Assembly (NCBI GenBank): GCA_025594325.1
Contig: JANHCV010000008.1
Span: forward strand, 62,001 to 126,000
Direction of reading: 5' to 3'
Origin: Blastocladiella emersonii ATCC 22665
Taxonomy: Eukaryota; Fungi; Blastocladiomycota
Length of the DNA stretch: 64,000 nt
Below the pieces are notes generated by a model, which ran no database searches, was not told the origin of the DNA, and saw nothing but the letters and a program-made list of their open reading frames with translations. Below, in pieces: positions 23,208 through 34,792 of this stretch. Each line of letters opens with the position of its first letter. Positions within the stretch are counted from its first letter, which is position 1. Position numbers and translations under genes: made by a program.

Positions 23208-24416
23208 TCATGACGGCGACTTCCGATCCTGCGCAACCCGCGCCCCGCTGCGGCCCTTGCGCGCCTGCCGCTTGCGCCGGCTCTTGAGCATCGACTCGAA
23301 CGAGATCTCTGCCAGCAGCGCCGTGACGCCCGTCGCCGTGAGCACCGTGCCGGGCTGGATCGGGATCAGCGTCGGCCACAGCAGGACGAGCAGCATGAGG
23401 ATCCAGTCGAGAATGAAGACCACCGTGAGCACCTTGAACGTCGACGTGACGGGGACCTGGAGCCCGACGGACCGCTTGGGTGGCGGCGGTAGCGCTGCGA
23501 CCGAGCCCTTGAGCGGCGACGTGGACGCGACCACGACCGTCAGCGCCTTGAGCGAGTGGGCCGACGTGTTGGCCATGGCCGATGCCGAGACGGTGGCCTC
23601 CGACAACTCTTCCTTGTGCGCGAGTAGGGGCGCGGGCGATGCGGGCGTTGGCGACGCCGGGTCGTGCGTGATGCTGCGCGAGCCCGCCTCGTTGGACGAC
23701 AGCTTGCCGTGGTGGCTCGCGGTGCCCTGGACGCTGCTACCGGCGCCGGCCGCGCTCGACGACTCGGTTGTCGCCTCGATGGTCAGGAATGAGTTGGTGA
23801 AGGCGATGCGCAGTGACATGAGCGAGCCCGTGACGATGATGACCGGGTACGCGCACATCGGGACCACGGCATAGCCGGGCAGCAGGCTGACCGACGACCA
23901 CAGGTCCGGGTCGTCCTTCTGGATGAGGTATACGAGGTTCGAGATCCCGACGACTTCTTGGAAAATGAACACGGCCGCGCAGACGAGGTAGACGACGGCC
24001 ATGAACCGTTTCCGCCACGTGGCGTTCGACACGACGATGAGCGAGTTGCGGTGCGCGACCGTCAGGGTCAGGCACATGCCGAACGGCACGAACGAGATCA
24101 TGAACCAGACCTGCGCGGACGTGAAGCTCGTCGACCCGGACGTCCACAGGTCCATGTACGTCGTGAAGTTATTCACGGCGTCGGCGCCGGCAAGAAACGA
24201 GAGCAGGGTGAGGAGCCGGATGCGCGGCGTCGATCGGGCGGTGCCCCACGGCGCGTAGACGTAGCCCGCGAGGAACGGGATCGACCGCAGCAGCAAGATG
24301 ACGAACGTCGGCACGGTTATCGCCGTGAAGATGCCGCACACGATGGTCGAGAACTCGATGCTGTCCGATACGGCGAACCATATCGAACCCGACCCGTGCT
24401 TTTCGGGATTCATCAT
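23208..24416 (-). CDS. 7TM GPCR-like membrane protein, group B (B1)
   Basis: Close tandem paralog of 21706 with the same motifs. Confidence 0.82.
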   Translation of the reverse strand: MMNPEKHGSGSIWFAVSDSIEFSTIVCGIFTAITVPTFVILLLRSIPFLAGYVYAPWGTARSTPRIRLLTLLSFLAGADAVNNFTTYMDLWTSGSTSFTSAQVWFMISFVPFGMCLTLTVAHRNSLIVVSNATWRKRFMAVVYLVCAAVFIFQEVVGISNLVYLIQKDDPDLWSSVSLLPGYAVVPMCAYPVIIVTGSLMSLRIAFTNSFLTIEATTESSSAAGAGSSVQGTASHHGKLSSNEAGSRSITHDPASPTPASPAPLLAHKEELSEATVSASAMANTSAHSLKALTVVVASTSPLKGSVAALPPPPKRSVGLQVPVTSTFKVLTVVFILDWILMLLVLLWPTLIPIQPGTVLTATGVTALLAEISFESMLKSRRKRQARKGRSGARVAQDRKSPS

Positions 24417-24775
24417 GTTGCATCAACTCTAACAGTGTGGCAATGCAAAGCAGAGCGGGGCGAGTGCGGGCCGCTGACGGAGGTGGACTCCTCGCCGGAT
24501 CGGACGTCTCCCGCCCGATACGCGAATAGCGCGTTTGCGACCTTTTCCGACGCCGAAAACAGAAAGATTTTCCGTCGGCGAGCCGAAAACGCGTGGCGAA
24601 ACGCGTCGCTTTGCTCCACGTGACCCGCACGGGATGTATCCGAATGGTCGAGATGGCCGAAGAATGGATACAGATTTTATTTTTGGCTTCGTAATTCACG
24701 CAATTAATGGTTGAAATGTGATTAGAAGATACTTACACGTCGTCGGGCCCTATCGTGCCTCATGGCCACCCGCCC

Positions 24776-26060
24776 TCAACTCGATCCGCAAGGTAGCCTC
24801 CACTGCCGGAGACTCATCGAGTCCATGTTCTCCTTGCGCGCCTGCCGTATGCGGCGCCGCTTGAGCATCGACTCGAACGAGATCTCGGCCAGCAGCGCCG
24901 TGAGCATCGTGCCCGGCTGGATCGGGATCACGGTCGGCCACAGGAGCATAAACAACATCAAGATCCAGTCGAGAATGAAGACCACGGTCAGCACCTTGAA
25001 CGTCGAGGTGACGGGAACTTGCAGCCCGAACGAGCGCTTGGGCGGCGCGGACAACGACGAGGGGGCGTGGACACGCGGCTGGACGTCGAGCCCTTGAGCG
25101 GCAGGCTCGACGCCGACAGCTGCGCGTTGAGCGACGACGTCGAGTGGGGTAGGGCGAGCGAAGTGGCCGACAGCGGCGCGGCGAGCGACGAGGCCGAGGT
25201 GTTGGCCTCGTCCTTGGCCGGGACCAGAAGGCCGGTCGAGATGGTCGACGACGGGTCGTTGATGACGCTGCGCGAGCTCGAAGGACTGGAGGTGAGCTTG
25301 CTTGACGGGCTGGAGATGAGCTTACCGTGATGAAAGCTCGGGGTGCGCGCGAGACTAGTCGCACAGCCGCCGCCCGCGCTGCTGGCCGCGCTCGACGACG
25401 ACTAGTCGGTAGTCGTGATGGTGATGACCGAGTCGTTGAAGGCGATCCGCAGCGACATGTGCGAGCCGGTGACGATGATGATGGGGTAGGCGCACATGGG
25501 CACGACCGCGTAGCCTGGCAGTAGACTGACCGAAGACCAAAGTTGCGGGTCGTCCTTTTCGATCAGGTACGCGAGGTTCCAGATCCCGATGGCCTCCTGG
25601 AAGATGAACACGGCCGCGCACACAAAGTAGACGGCAATCATGAAGCGCGTGCGCCACGTCGGGTTGGTTACGATAATCAGCGAGTTGCGGTGCGCGACCG
25701 TGAGCGTCAGGCACATGCCAAGCGGGACGAACGAGACCAGGAACCAGACTTGGGTCGAGGTGAAACTCGTGGACCCAGACATCCATAGGTCGAGGTAGGT
25801 CGTGAACTGTTGACGGCATCGGCGCCCGCGAGGAACGAGAGGAGCGTCAGTAGCCGAAGCCGCGGCATCGGCTTGAACTTGGCCCACGGCGCGTAGATGC
25901 GGCCGGCGACCGCATGGAATGTGCGGAGGAGCGTGACTGCAAACGTGGGGACCGTGATCGCGGCAAAGATTCCGCAGATCACGGTCGAGAATCCAATGTT
26001 CTCGGACACGGCGAACCAGATTGAGCCCGAGCCGTGCGAGCTGTGCTCTGAATGATCCAT
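24776..26060 (-). pseudogene. 7TM group B (B1) pseudogene
   Basis: 1-nt frameshift near 25810 (DAVN|FTTY), TAG at 25402..25404, frameshift near 25070, and a 15-nt deletion between two GCCGTGA repeats in TM7. Confidence 0.85.
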
Positions 26061-26523
26061 TTTTGTCCACTGTTTACGTTTGATCTGGGGACACGCTATT
26101 CAGGGGTCGGAGGACGGGTTACGGTGGGCGGGCGAGCAGGGGGCGGCACGGAGGGGTCTGGTGCCATGTCAACCCCGCCCCCGGTAGCCCACGCGCGACC
26201 TGGTAAATCGCGATCAAGGGTCTCCCAATCTGCCCGGGATGAGTGCGGCCGGGCCTGGTTTGACACGATGTGACGGCGGTCGGTTGATCCGGTCTCCCAC
26301 GGCCTGCAAGCCTTGCGCGAACTGGACTTGACGCGATTTCTCCCACTCGTGCGGTGCGATGGGATCATTAAGTGAACTCAACCGGCAGCGCCGATGCGCG
26401 GCGATAGAGAGCGCACAGCCGAAGCTGATCGCGCGTTGTTCATAACACGTGCAGTCCCGCGGGAAGATGAAACAAGCACATTCTACATTTTGGGAACAAA
26501 AATGACCGCCTTCCGCTCATCTC

Positions 26524-27984
26524 TCACCCCGTAAGGTCCACTGTAACCGGCACGTTCATCGAGAACGCGACCGACACCTTGTACTCGCTCTGCGCGTGGG
26601 CCGTCCGCCTCGCTCCCTCGCGCCGCGCCTGCTCGAGCTTGAGGACCCACTCGAACGACGCCTCGGTAAGCACGGCGATGGCCGAGAAGAAGGTCTCGAC
26701 GGGCGACGCGTGGATCGGCGGCGGAAAGACCATGGCTACGACGTACAGGATCCACTCGGCGAGGAGAAACAGGGTGAGAGCCTTGAACGAAAAGGTCAAG
26801 GAGACCTCGAGCCCCTGCGCCTCCTTCTTGCGGGTCGTCGTCGACTTGGACGCCGTCAACGAAAAGAGCGAGCCGTTGCTAGGCGTCGTCTGCGACCGCC
26901 ACGGAGTCCACGAGAAGCCCGAGTGCTGGCCGTGAGAGTGTGAGTGCGAGGTGACCTGCGACTGAACCGGAGATATCGAAGGCGCCACGCTCGAGTGCTG
27001 AGGCGACGAACCACGGACCGGTGGCGGCTGAAGTGGCGGGGAGTGCGACTGACCCGGTCCGTTGGACGACGGATGTACGAGGCCGCCAGGCACGATGGCC
27101 GTCACGCCCGCGATGGCTGCCGTTAGTCCGGCCGTTGCAGCCGCGTGTTGCGGTGACACGGCGACGATACGACCGGCGATCATAGACCCGCTCCCGTTGA
27201 GGCTCGAGTTTGACTGTCCCGCGAGGTGCCGTGACAGCGCCTTGGCGAGCGGACGCGGTGCGTAGCGCAAGATCCGCGGCGGTGGCGGCTCCTCGACGAT
27301 CGCGCTGCTGATATCGGCAACCGAGCCGTGAAGAACGAGGCGCGGCGACTTGAATGCGAGTCGTAGCGAGAGTAGCGACCCGCCGAGCGTGATCAAGGGA
27401 AGCAGCGACATGGGGATCAAGACCCAGTTGGGTACAACTTGATTGAACTCGACCCACGTCCGCGCGTCGTTGATGACGGCGAGCTCGATGACGGTCATGG
27501 CACCCGTGATCCACTGCAGCAGGAGCACCGCAAGCGAGAGCAACAGCACGCCTCGACGAAGCAGCTCACGCCATTTGCGGTTCGCGACGAGGATCATGGA
27601 GTACCGCCGGCCTGCTGCGATCGCGATCACGGCGACGGTCGGCACGTTGACGATCAGGTAGATGATGCGGTACGCCAGGTAGTTGACGGGAACACCGCTC
27701 CACATCTGAAGCAGCCACACCAGGTTGTTGGTTCCATCGGCGACCACCATGGCAGAAAGCGCAAAAAGCAAGCGGAGGCGAAGGCCCGTTCTTCGGTTGC
27801 CCCACTCTGGCACGATCCTAGCCATGAGGCGCGGGAACGTCCGTGGGAACAAGCCCACGACGCCGACCATTCCAAGCGTGATGGATACGGCGCAGACGGC
27901 AAGGCTGGCGACGATCACATCGTCGGTGAGGTACACGCCGACCGAGGGTGACGAGCGCTCGTCGGGCTCTTGCGGGTGCGACAT
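26524..27984 (-). CDS. 7TM GPCR-like membrane protein, group B (B2, long third loop)
   Basis: RRYSMILV, VPNWVLIP, LSLRLAF, LTFSFKALT, TEASFEWVL. Confidence 0.8.
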   Translation of the reverse strand: MSHPQEPDERSSPSVGVYLTDDVIVASLAVCAVSITLGMVGVVGLFPRTFPRLMARIVPEWGNRRTGLRLRLLFALSAMVVADGTNNLVWLLQMWSGVPVNYLAYRIIYLIVNVPTVAVIAIAAGRRYSMILVANRKWRELLRRGVLLLSLAVLLLQWITGAMTVIELAVINDARTWVEFNQVVPNWVLIPMSLLPLITLGGSLLSLRLAFKSPRLVLHGSVADISSAIVEEPPPPRILRYAPRPLAKALSRHLAGQSNSSLNGSGSMIAGRIVAVSPQHAAATAGLTAAIAGVTAIVPGGLVHPSSNGPGQSHSPPLQPPPVRGSSPQHSSVAPSISPVQSQVTSHSHSHGQHSGFSWTPWRSQTTPSNGSLFSLTASKSTTTRKKEAQGLEVSLTFSFKALTLFLLAEWILYVVAMVFPPPIHASPVETFFSAIAVLTEASFEWVLKLEQARREGARRTAHAQSEYKVSVAFSMNVPVTVDLTG

Positions 27985-28162
27985 GGCCAGATGGCATTTA
28001 TGGGCCTGGCTGAGCGAGTTTCATAGAGTGCATGGAGTGTAGCATCGATTGCTGTGCTTGATCTCCGGTTCCAGAGCAGCAAATCGATGCCGAAGAGGGC
28101 ACCGAACCGGCCACGCCAGCGAGTGGGAGACACGTTCTATCGCGGGAGACATATGAAGAATC

Positions 28163-29241
28163 TTACATGGATGACGGCACAATCGACATCCCCGCAACGT
28201 GGAAGCTCTGTTTTCGCCCCGCGGCCCTCCGCTAGATCTCCTCGCGCTCGTGGTTTTGCCTGAGCAGCCAATCAAAGGAGGCCTCGGTGACCGCCATGAG
28301 CGAGGCAATGAAGCTTGAGACGGAACTCGCGCGGACCGGCAGCGGACTCGGGACGAGCACCAGGATCGCGAGCCACTCGAAGATCATGATCGCCGTCAGC
28401 GACTTGAACGAGCGGGTCAAGACGATCTCGAGCCTTCCGCGCCGTGGTCGCGTACTTTTACTCGGAGAGGCCACGGACATAAGCGAGCTGGGCTTGAGCA
28501 ACGAGGCTGATCCAGCATGGGCCAGCGGAAGCGTGCTGGTCGACGTATCGCGCACCGTGGCCTGGATCTCGAGGGTGCCGCGCGACGGCCCGCTCGCCAG
28601 CGTGACCTTGCCGTCGGTCGAGGCGGTCCCCGCCGACGAAATGTTGCTGACGGACCGCATGAGCTGCGGATCGCGGAATGCGACGCGGAGCGATCAGAAG
28701 GCTCCGGCAAGCACCGTAGTCGGGAGAACGGAAAGTGGCAGTAGCGCCCAGCTACCGGATCGTCGAGGTGCGCAAGACGCACGATTTTGACGGCGCCAAC
28801 GATGAGTGTGAAGAGCGCGATGCAGAGTGCGAGAGCCGAGATAAAGCGGACCAGCCGGACACGCATGGCGCGGTCCTCGACGATGATCGGCGCGTGCCGT
28901 CGAGTGATGATCAGCGCGGCGAGCGGCAAGAGCGGGATGTAGAGAATCACGAAAAGTGAATGCGTCACGATAAACTTGGTGTCGAACCCGAGCCAAACGG
29001 TCACGGTGAAGTAGACCGCGTTGGCGGCATCGAGGATCAGGATGACCCCGAAGGCGAGCAGCAGAACGGGACGGGTCCGTTACCGCGAGCCCGGCGCCCG
29101 TTCTCGCCCATACCAGCGCGGCAAGGACACAAAGTACTTGAGAGCGAGGTAGCAGGAGGTCACGAGCGATATCAGAAGCGAGATGCTCGACACGGCGAGC
29201 GTGGAGATGGCTTGTAAATCCGTCAGCAAGGGCGGGCTCAT
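28163..29241 (-). pseudogene. 7TM group B (B3) pseudogene
   Basis: Starts MSPPLLTDLQAISTL. TAA at 29080..29082, deletion/frameshift near 28755, TGG>TGA at 28694, TAG at 28232. The ancestral tail FHVAGMSIVPSSM* is still readable to 28163. Confidence 0.85.
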
Positions 29242-29357
29242 TGCGAGTAGTGGTTGGCGGTTCGATGCATGGAATTGTCTGTCATTTACTGCTCATGCGG
29301 GTGAGTTGGATCCGGGACCCCGGAGCTTGCCCGCTCGACCGCGATCGCGCAGGCAGC

Positions 29358-29401
29358 GGACGCGTCGAACAATCACGTGATGTCTCGCATCCCTGTCTCG
29401 C
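29358..29401 (-). promoter_or_regulatory. Conserved upstream module of B3 7TM genes (also at 30698..30730, 32000..32046, 33319..33364, 34655..34696)
   Basis: Plus-strand consensus GGACGCGTCRRACAATCACGTGATGTCTCGCA-N4-YGTCTCGCA, 75-170 nt upstream of each ATG, in otherwise diverged spacers. Confidence 0.6.
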
Positions 29402-29451
29402 GCCTCAAACGACGGGCCCGCTGGCGAGTGACTAGCAGGATAGTACTCTAT

Positions 29452-30585
29452 TTACAAGAAGGAAGGCACCGCGGACATGCCCGCGACGTGCGACACCTGT
29501 TTCTGCCGCTCGACCCTCCGTTTAGACTCCTCGCGCTCGTGGTTTTGCCGCAGGAGCCAGTCGAACGACGCTTCGGTGACGAGCATGAGGGACGCCATGA
29601 ACGTCGACGTTGAGCTCGCGCGCACGGGGAGCGGGCTCGCGACGAGGATCAGGAGCGCAAACCACTCGAGGATCAGGATGATGGTGAGCGTCCGGAACGA
29701 GCGCGTCAGGACGAGTTGCAGCCCACCGCGTTTGGACGCCGGTGAGGTCGGAGTAGAAGGCGACGATGTGACCGAAAGCAGCGGGTTGGGCCACAGGAAG
29801 GTGACGGACGTGGACACGGCGCTCGGCGGCGGGCTCATGATCGAGTCGCGCACCGAAGTCTGGATCTCCAGGTTCGCGCGGGATTGGTTGCTGGTGCTTG
29901 CGCTCGCGCTCGCGGCCGTCTTGGCGTCGGCCGACAACGATTCGGAAGACGACGTCGTGAACCCGCTCCCGGGCCGCTCGAGCTGCGGCTCGGTGAAGGC
30001 GACTTTGAGCGACCAGAATGCGCCGCCGATGACGGCCGTCAAGAGGACCGAGAGCGGCGCGAGGGACCAGTACGGGAACAGCGGGGTGTCGATCCACAGC
30101 GCGGGGCTGTTGAGCTGGTCGAGCTTGACGAGGTTCATGGCGCCGACGAGGAAGATGAAGATCGAGATGGTGACCGAAAAGAACGACATGAAGCGGATGA
30201 ACCGCGCTCGCCGGGCGCGGTCCTCGACGATGATGAGCGCGTGGCGCCGCGTGATGATGTTCGCGACAAACGGGAGCAGCAGTACATAAATAATGGCGTA
30301 GAGGAGCCGCGTCGTGAAGAAGTGCGTCCCGAGCCCCATCCAAGCGGTGTAGTTGAAGTAGATGGCGTTGGCCGAGTCGACCACGAGCAGCATCCCGTAG
30401 ACGAGCAGGAGCACGGGCCGCGTGTGTTTTCGCCGTGCGGAGCGGATCTTCCCGCCGAGCCATTTCGGCAGCGTGACAAAGTACTTGAGCCCAAGGTAGC
30501 ACGTCGTGACGAACGAAATGACGAGCGACGCCCCCGAGACGGCCAGCGTCGAGATGGCTTGCAGGTCCGTCAACAGCGGTGCCAT
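29452..30585 (-). CDS. 7TM GPCR-like membrane protein, group B (B3)
   Basis: MAPL.TD.QAISTL start, RPVLLL, TRRHALIIVEDR, AFWSLKVAF, LTRSFRTLT, TEASFDWLL, tail PSFL*. Confidence 0.85.
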   Translation of the reverse strand: MAPLLTDLQAISTLAVSGASLVISFVTTCYLGLKYFVTLPKWLGGKIRSARRKHTRPVLLLVYGMLLVVDSANAIYFNYTAWMGLGTHFFTTRLLYAIIYVLLLPFVANIITRRHALIIVEDRARRARFIRFMSFFSVTISIFIFLVGAMNLVKLDQLNSPALWIDTPLFPYWSLAPLSVLLTAVIGGAFWSLKVAFTEPQLERPGSGFTTSSSESLSADAKTAASASASTSNQSRANLEIQTSVRDSIMSPPPSAVSTSVTFLWPNPLLSVTSSPSTPTSPASKRGGLQLVLTRSFRTLTIILILEWFALLILVASPLPVRASSTSTFMASLMLVTEASFDWLLRQNHEREESKRRVERQKQVSHVAGMSAVPSFL

Positions 30586-30798
30586 GGTAGATGCATGTAG
30601 TGGTGGGCGTAGATCATTTGGGTCCGGTGAGCTGGGTAGCCGAGCGAAGCGTCCGAATGCTCGCGATCACATCCGCGGACCGCGCGTAAAACACGCGCAC
30701 GTGATCGTGTCTCGCACGCGTGTCTCGCATGTGGCGCTCGCGACAACACAGCTCCTCCCTGACAATGGACTTCCAAAAACAACGAGGCAGAGGTACAT

Positions 30799-31926
30799 TC
30801 ACATGAATGATGGAACAACAGACATCCCCTCGGCATAAAAACTCTCCTTGGCGTGCTTCTTCTTGCGCTTAGCCTGTTCGCGCTCGCGGTTCAGCTTGAG
30901 CAGCACCTCGAACGAGGACTCGGTGACCAGCAAAAGCGATCCCATGAACGTCGTCGAGGCGCTCGCGCGGACGGGTGATGGGATCATAACGACGGCCGAG
31001 GTAGCGATGCACAGGAAGATCAGGATTATCGTCAGAGTCTTGAAGGACCGCGTAAGTACGACTTCGAGATCGCTTCGCTTGTGTGTCAAGGCGGTAGAAG
31101 TGGTGGCTACCGAGTGCATCGAGCTGGCGCGGAGCAGGAGCGCGGTCGGCGACGGCATCATGGGCGAGACCGCGGAGGGCGACGCCGCGACTGGGCTGCT
31201 CGCCTCGCGCGCGGTGGCGAGGATCTCCAAGTGCCCGCCTAGTGGGCCGAGCGGAGGCGCACCCTTGGCGTCGCCCGAACCGGCGGTCGAAGATGCCGTG
31301 CTGTTAAGCTTCCACAGCTGGTCTGGATCGCGGAACTCGACGCGGAGTGCCCAGAACGTGCTGCCCAGGACAACCGCCGGCAGGATCGTGAGCGGGATCA
31401 GGGTCCACACTGGGATGATGGCCGATTTGACCAAGACCGCGGGCTGGTCGATCTTCTTCTGCTGGTACAGGTTGATGCCGCCCACGATCAGCACGAAGAG
31501 GGCGTCCAGAACAGCGAGAATGTCGATGGCGCGGATCATGCGAGCTTGCTTGGCGCGGTCCTCGACGATGATCACGGCGTGTCGCCGGATGATGATCACA
31601 GACGCGATCGGGACTAAGAAGCCGTAGATCACCGCGAAAAAGGCGCGCGACGCAAAGTACGCGGTCCCGAGCTCGCGCCAAGTGAAGAACGTGAAATAAA
31701 TGCTGTTGGCCGAGTCGATCATGTACAGGACTCCGAGAACGAGTAGCAGAACCGGGCGCACTTGCTTCCGCGATTTGGCACTCTTGCGGCGGCCGCCGAG
31801 CCATGCCGGCATGGTCATAAAGTGTCGGAAGAGTAGGATGACCGAGGTGACGGCCGATATCACAAAGGCAGTCCCGGACACGGCGAGCGTCGAGATTGCT
31901 TGGAGATCGGTCATCAAGGGTGCCAT
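30799..31926 (-). CDS. 7TM GPCR-like membrane protein, group B (B3)
   Basis: Tandem paralog with the same motifs, tail PSFM*. Confidence 0.85.
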   Translation of the reverse strand: MAPLMTDLQAISTLAVSGTAFVISAVTSVILLFRHFMTMPAWLGGRRKSAKSRKQVRPVLLLVLGVLYMIDSANSIYFTFFTWRELGTAYFASRAFFAVIYGFLVPIASVIIIRRHAVIIVEDRAKQARMIRAIDILAVLDALFVLIVGGINLYQQKKIDQPAVLVKSAIIPVWTLIPLTILPAVVLGSTFWALRVEFRDPDQLWKLNSTASSTAGSGDAKGAPPLGPLGGHLEILATAREASSPVAASPSAVSPMMPSPTALLLRASSMHSVATTSTALTHKRSDLEVVLTRSFKTLTIILIFLCIATSAVVMIPSPVRASASTTFMGSLLLVTESSFEVLLKLNREREQAKRKKKHAKESFYAEGMSVVPSFM

Positions 31927-32095
31927 GGTTGATGCATAGAGTAATCGTGGGGTTCAGGTCTATTCTCAAACTCAAACGGGTGAATGAGATGGGGCAAGTG
32001 GACGCGTCGGACAAATCATGTGATGTCTCGCACTCGTGTCGCGCATGAACGGACCTATCCCGAGAAAGTCAGTCAAAGTTACGGATAACGCTAAA

Positions 32096-33217
32096 TTACA
32101 AAAACGATGGCACAACCGACATCCCCGCCACATGAAAGCTCTCATGGGCATGCCTGACCTTGCGCTTAGCCTGCTCGCGCTTGCGGTTTCGCTCGAGTAT
32201 CAACTCAAACGAGGCCTCGGTGACAAGCAAGAGCGACCCGACCAACGCCGTCGTGGCGCTCACCCGAACGGGGATCGGGCTGAGGATGAGGACCGTGAGG
32301 GAAACGCAGATCAAGCTCATGATGATGGTCAAGGTCTTGAAGGACCGAATCAGACCGACCTCGAGATCGCTGCGCCTGGGCGCCGTGGCCGTGGTGAACG
32401 TGGGCGTGAGCGAGTGCTGAGAGCTGCCGCGCAGGGCCTGGTGACCCAGCGGTGCGGGCGGGGCGGGCGGGGCGGGCGGCGCGTGCGTGGCCGAGAAGCT
32501 TGCCTTGCGCACGGTGGTGAGAATCTCCTGGAGCGGACCGCCCGCAGTTGCCGACTTGGTCTCGTCCGACGTGCTCGCCTTTGACGAAGACGCGCGGCTG
32601 CGGGTCGACAGCTGCTCGGGATTACGAAACGCGACGCGGAGCGCCCAGAACGCGCTGCTGAGGATAAACGTCGGGAAGATGGCGAGCGGCGCGAGCGTCC
32701 ATACGGGGAAGATGGCGCCGTTGACCCAGACAGCGGGTTCGTTGATCTGGGCCTGCCGGTACAAGCTCGTGGCGCCGACCGAAAGCATGAAGAGCGCGTC
32801 CAGAATGGCGAGAACGTGGATAGCGCGGACCATGCGCGCACGCTTGGCGCGGTCTTCGACGATAATCAACGCGTAGCGCCGAGTGACGACCACGGCCGCG
32901 AGTGGTAGCAGAATGACGTTGATCGCGACGAAGAGAAAGCGCGATGCAAAGAACGCGGTGCCGAGCTCGCGCCATGTGAACCAGGTGAAGTAGCAGGTGT
33001 TGACTGCATCGACAGAGAACAGAACACCGCCGACGACGAGGAGCACCGGGCGCGCTTGGATCCGTGATGCGGCAGGTTGATGCCCGCCGAGCCATGCCGG
33101 CAGGGTGACAAAATATCGAAAAACCAGGCTCAAGATCGTCGCGATCGAGATGAAGAGCGCGGTCGAAGCCACGGCAAGTGTTGATATTGCCTGGACATCA
33201 GTCATCAGAGGCGCCAT
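32096..33217 (-). CDS. 7TM GPCR-like membrane protein, group B (B3)
   Basis: Tandem paralog with the same motifs, tail PSFL*. Confidence 0.85.
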   Translation of the reverse strand: MAPLMTDVQAISTLAVASTALFISIATILSLVFRYFVTLPAWLGGHQPAASRIQARPVLLVVGGVLFSVDAVNTCYFTWFTWRELGTAFFASRFLFVAINVILLPLAAVVVTRRYALIIVEDRAKRARMVRAIHVLAILDALFMLSVGATSLYRQAQINEPAVWVNGAIFPVWTLAPLAIFPTFILSSAFWALRVAFRNPEQLSTRSRASSSKASTSDETKSATAGGPLQEILTTVRKASFSATHAPPAPPAPPAPLGHQALRGSSQHSLTPTFTTATAPRRSDLEVGLIRSFKTLTIIMSLICVSLTVLILSPIPVRVSATTALVGSLLLVTEASFELILERNRKREQAKRKVRHAHESFHVAGMSVVPSFL

Positions 33218-33405
33218 GATTCAGGATGCATCAAGTGGTCAAGTGTAGTATTCATTGCTGGCTACACGGTGGGCGAAACAAGCGGGGCATGGTTGCGATC
33301 CTGCGGCCAAGCAGGTCTGGACGCGTCAAACAATCACGTGATGTCTCCCACTCGCGTCTCTCACGCACGAGGTTTGGCCGGAGGTCGGACAGAAATGACG
33401 CTTTG

Positions 33406-34527
33406 CTATAAAAACGACGGCATGACCGACATCCCCGTGACGTGGAAGCTCAGTTTGGCCCTTATTGCTTTACGTTTGGCCTCTTCGCGCTCGCGATTCT
33501 GGCGGAGCAGCCATTCGAACGAAGTCTCGGTAACGAGCATGAGCGACCCGATGCACGTCGTGATGGCGTTCGTGCGAACAGGGAGCGGGCTGATGATGAG
33601 CGCCACCATCGCAATCCACAAGACGATCATGGTGACAGTCAGGGTTTGAAAGGACCGGGTGAGGACGATCTCGAGCCCGCCGCGTTTGGGTGCCGCAGCA
33701 GCGGGCGGCGAGTTGGCAACCGAGTGAAGTGGGAGCAAGACGGCCGAGGTCGAGGAGGCGCCTGCGGTCGGTGATGTTGGCGACGCGGCCGCGCTGCTGC
33801 TCGCATCGTGCGCCGAGGCGAGGACGTCCAAGTTGACGCGTGACGGGCCAGATCCCGGCGCCGGCTTGCCGTCGGCCGAACCGATCGCGGGCAGCGACGC
33901 GCTGGCTGTCACGCGCACGAGGTTGGGTTCGCGGAACGCGATGCGGAGTGCCCAAAACGCGCCGCCGAGGACTGCGGTCGGGAGGATTGAGAGCGGGACG
34001 AGCGCCCACAGCGGGAAGATGAGCGAGTTGACCCAGACTGCCGGCTGGTCGACCTGCGCCTGGCGGTACAAGTTGGCGGTTCCGACGCCAAAACTGAACG
34101 TCCCGATCCCGCATGCGAGGAGGTGGATGACGCGGACCATCCGCGCGCGTTTGCGGCGATCCTCGACGATGATCATGGCGTGCCGTCGGGTGATGATCAC
34201 GGCCGCGAGCGGGAGCAGGAAGACGTAGATGGCCGTGAAAAGAGACCGCGACACGAGGAACGCGGTGCCCAGCTCGCGCCAGGTGAACCACGTGAAGTAC
34301 AGGCTGTTGGCCGAGTCAACTGCGATCAGAATCCCGAAGACAAGGAGGAGAACTGGACGCGCCTGCCGTCGTGCAGCAGGCTGACTGCGGCGGCCAGTGA
34401 ACCACGCGGGTATGGTCACAAAGTATCGGGCGGCCAAGTAGATGGACGCGGCGGCCGAGACAACCAGCGAGGTCGCAGCCACAGCAAGGGTTGACACGGC
34501 TTGTAGGTTGGACATCAACGGCGCCAT
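33406..34527 (-). CDS. 7TM GPCR-like membrane protein, group B (B3)
   Basis: Tandem paralog with the same motifs, tail PSFL*. Confidence 0.85.
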   Translation of the reverse strand: MAPLMSNLQAVSTLAVAATSLVVSAAASIYLAARYFVTIPAWFTGRRSQPAARRQARPVLLLVFGILIAVDSANSLYFTWFTWRELGTAFLVSRSLFTAIYVFLLPLAAVIITRRHAMIIVEDRRKRARMVRVIHLLACGIGTFSFGVGTANLYRQAQVDQPAVWVNSLIFPLWALVPLSILPTAVLGGAFWALRIAFREPNLVRVTASASLPAIGSADGKPAPGSGPSRVNLDVLASAHDASSSAAASPTSPTAGASSTSAVLLPLHSVANSPPAAAAPKRGGLEIVLTRSFQTLTVTMIVLWIAMVALIISPLPVRTNAITTCIGSLMLVTETSFEWLLRQNREREEAKRKAIRAKLSFHVTGMSVMPSFL

Positions 34528-34792
34528 GGTGGGACCTCAACGAGTATCGGGTTGATGCATCGAGTTAGCATGTGAACAAGGTCGAAAAGCTGCGAACAGG
34601 GACACTCACGCTATCAGCAGCCAGGCCCGTCTCGCGATGCAATCGCTGCCTCACGGACACGTCGAACAAACACGTTGTGTCTCGCACTCTTGTCACCCGG
34701 CGGGCTCACGTCAACGCTCAGTTTCGTGCGATTTTCACTTCAACTCGTCCCGCTCTCGCTCTTCTGCACAACCGCTCTACCCGGTCAATCGC

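Noticed and set aside
3582-29082. Stop-codon reassignment (alternative genetic code) suggested by several in-frame stops
   Set aside because: The interrupting stops are a mix of TGA, TAG and TAA. All three also end intact genes, and most co-occur with frameshifts.
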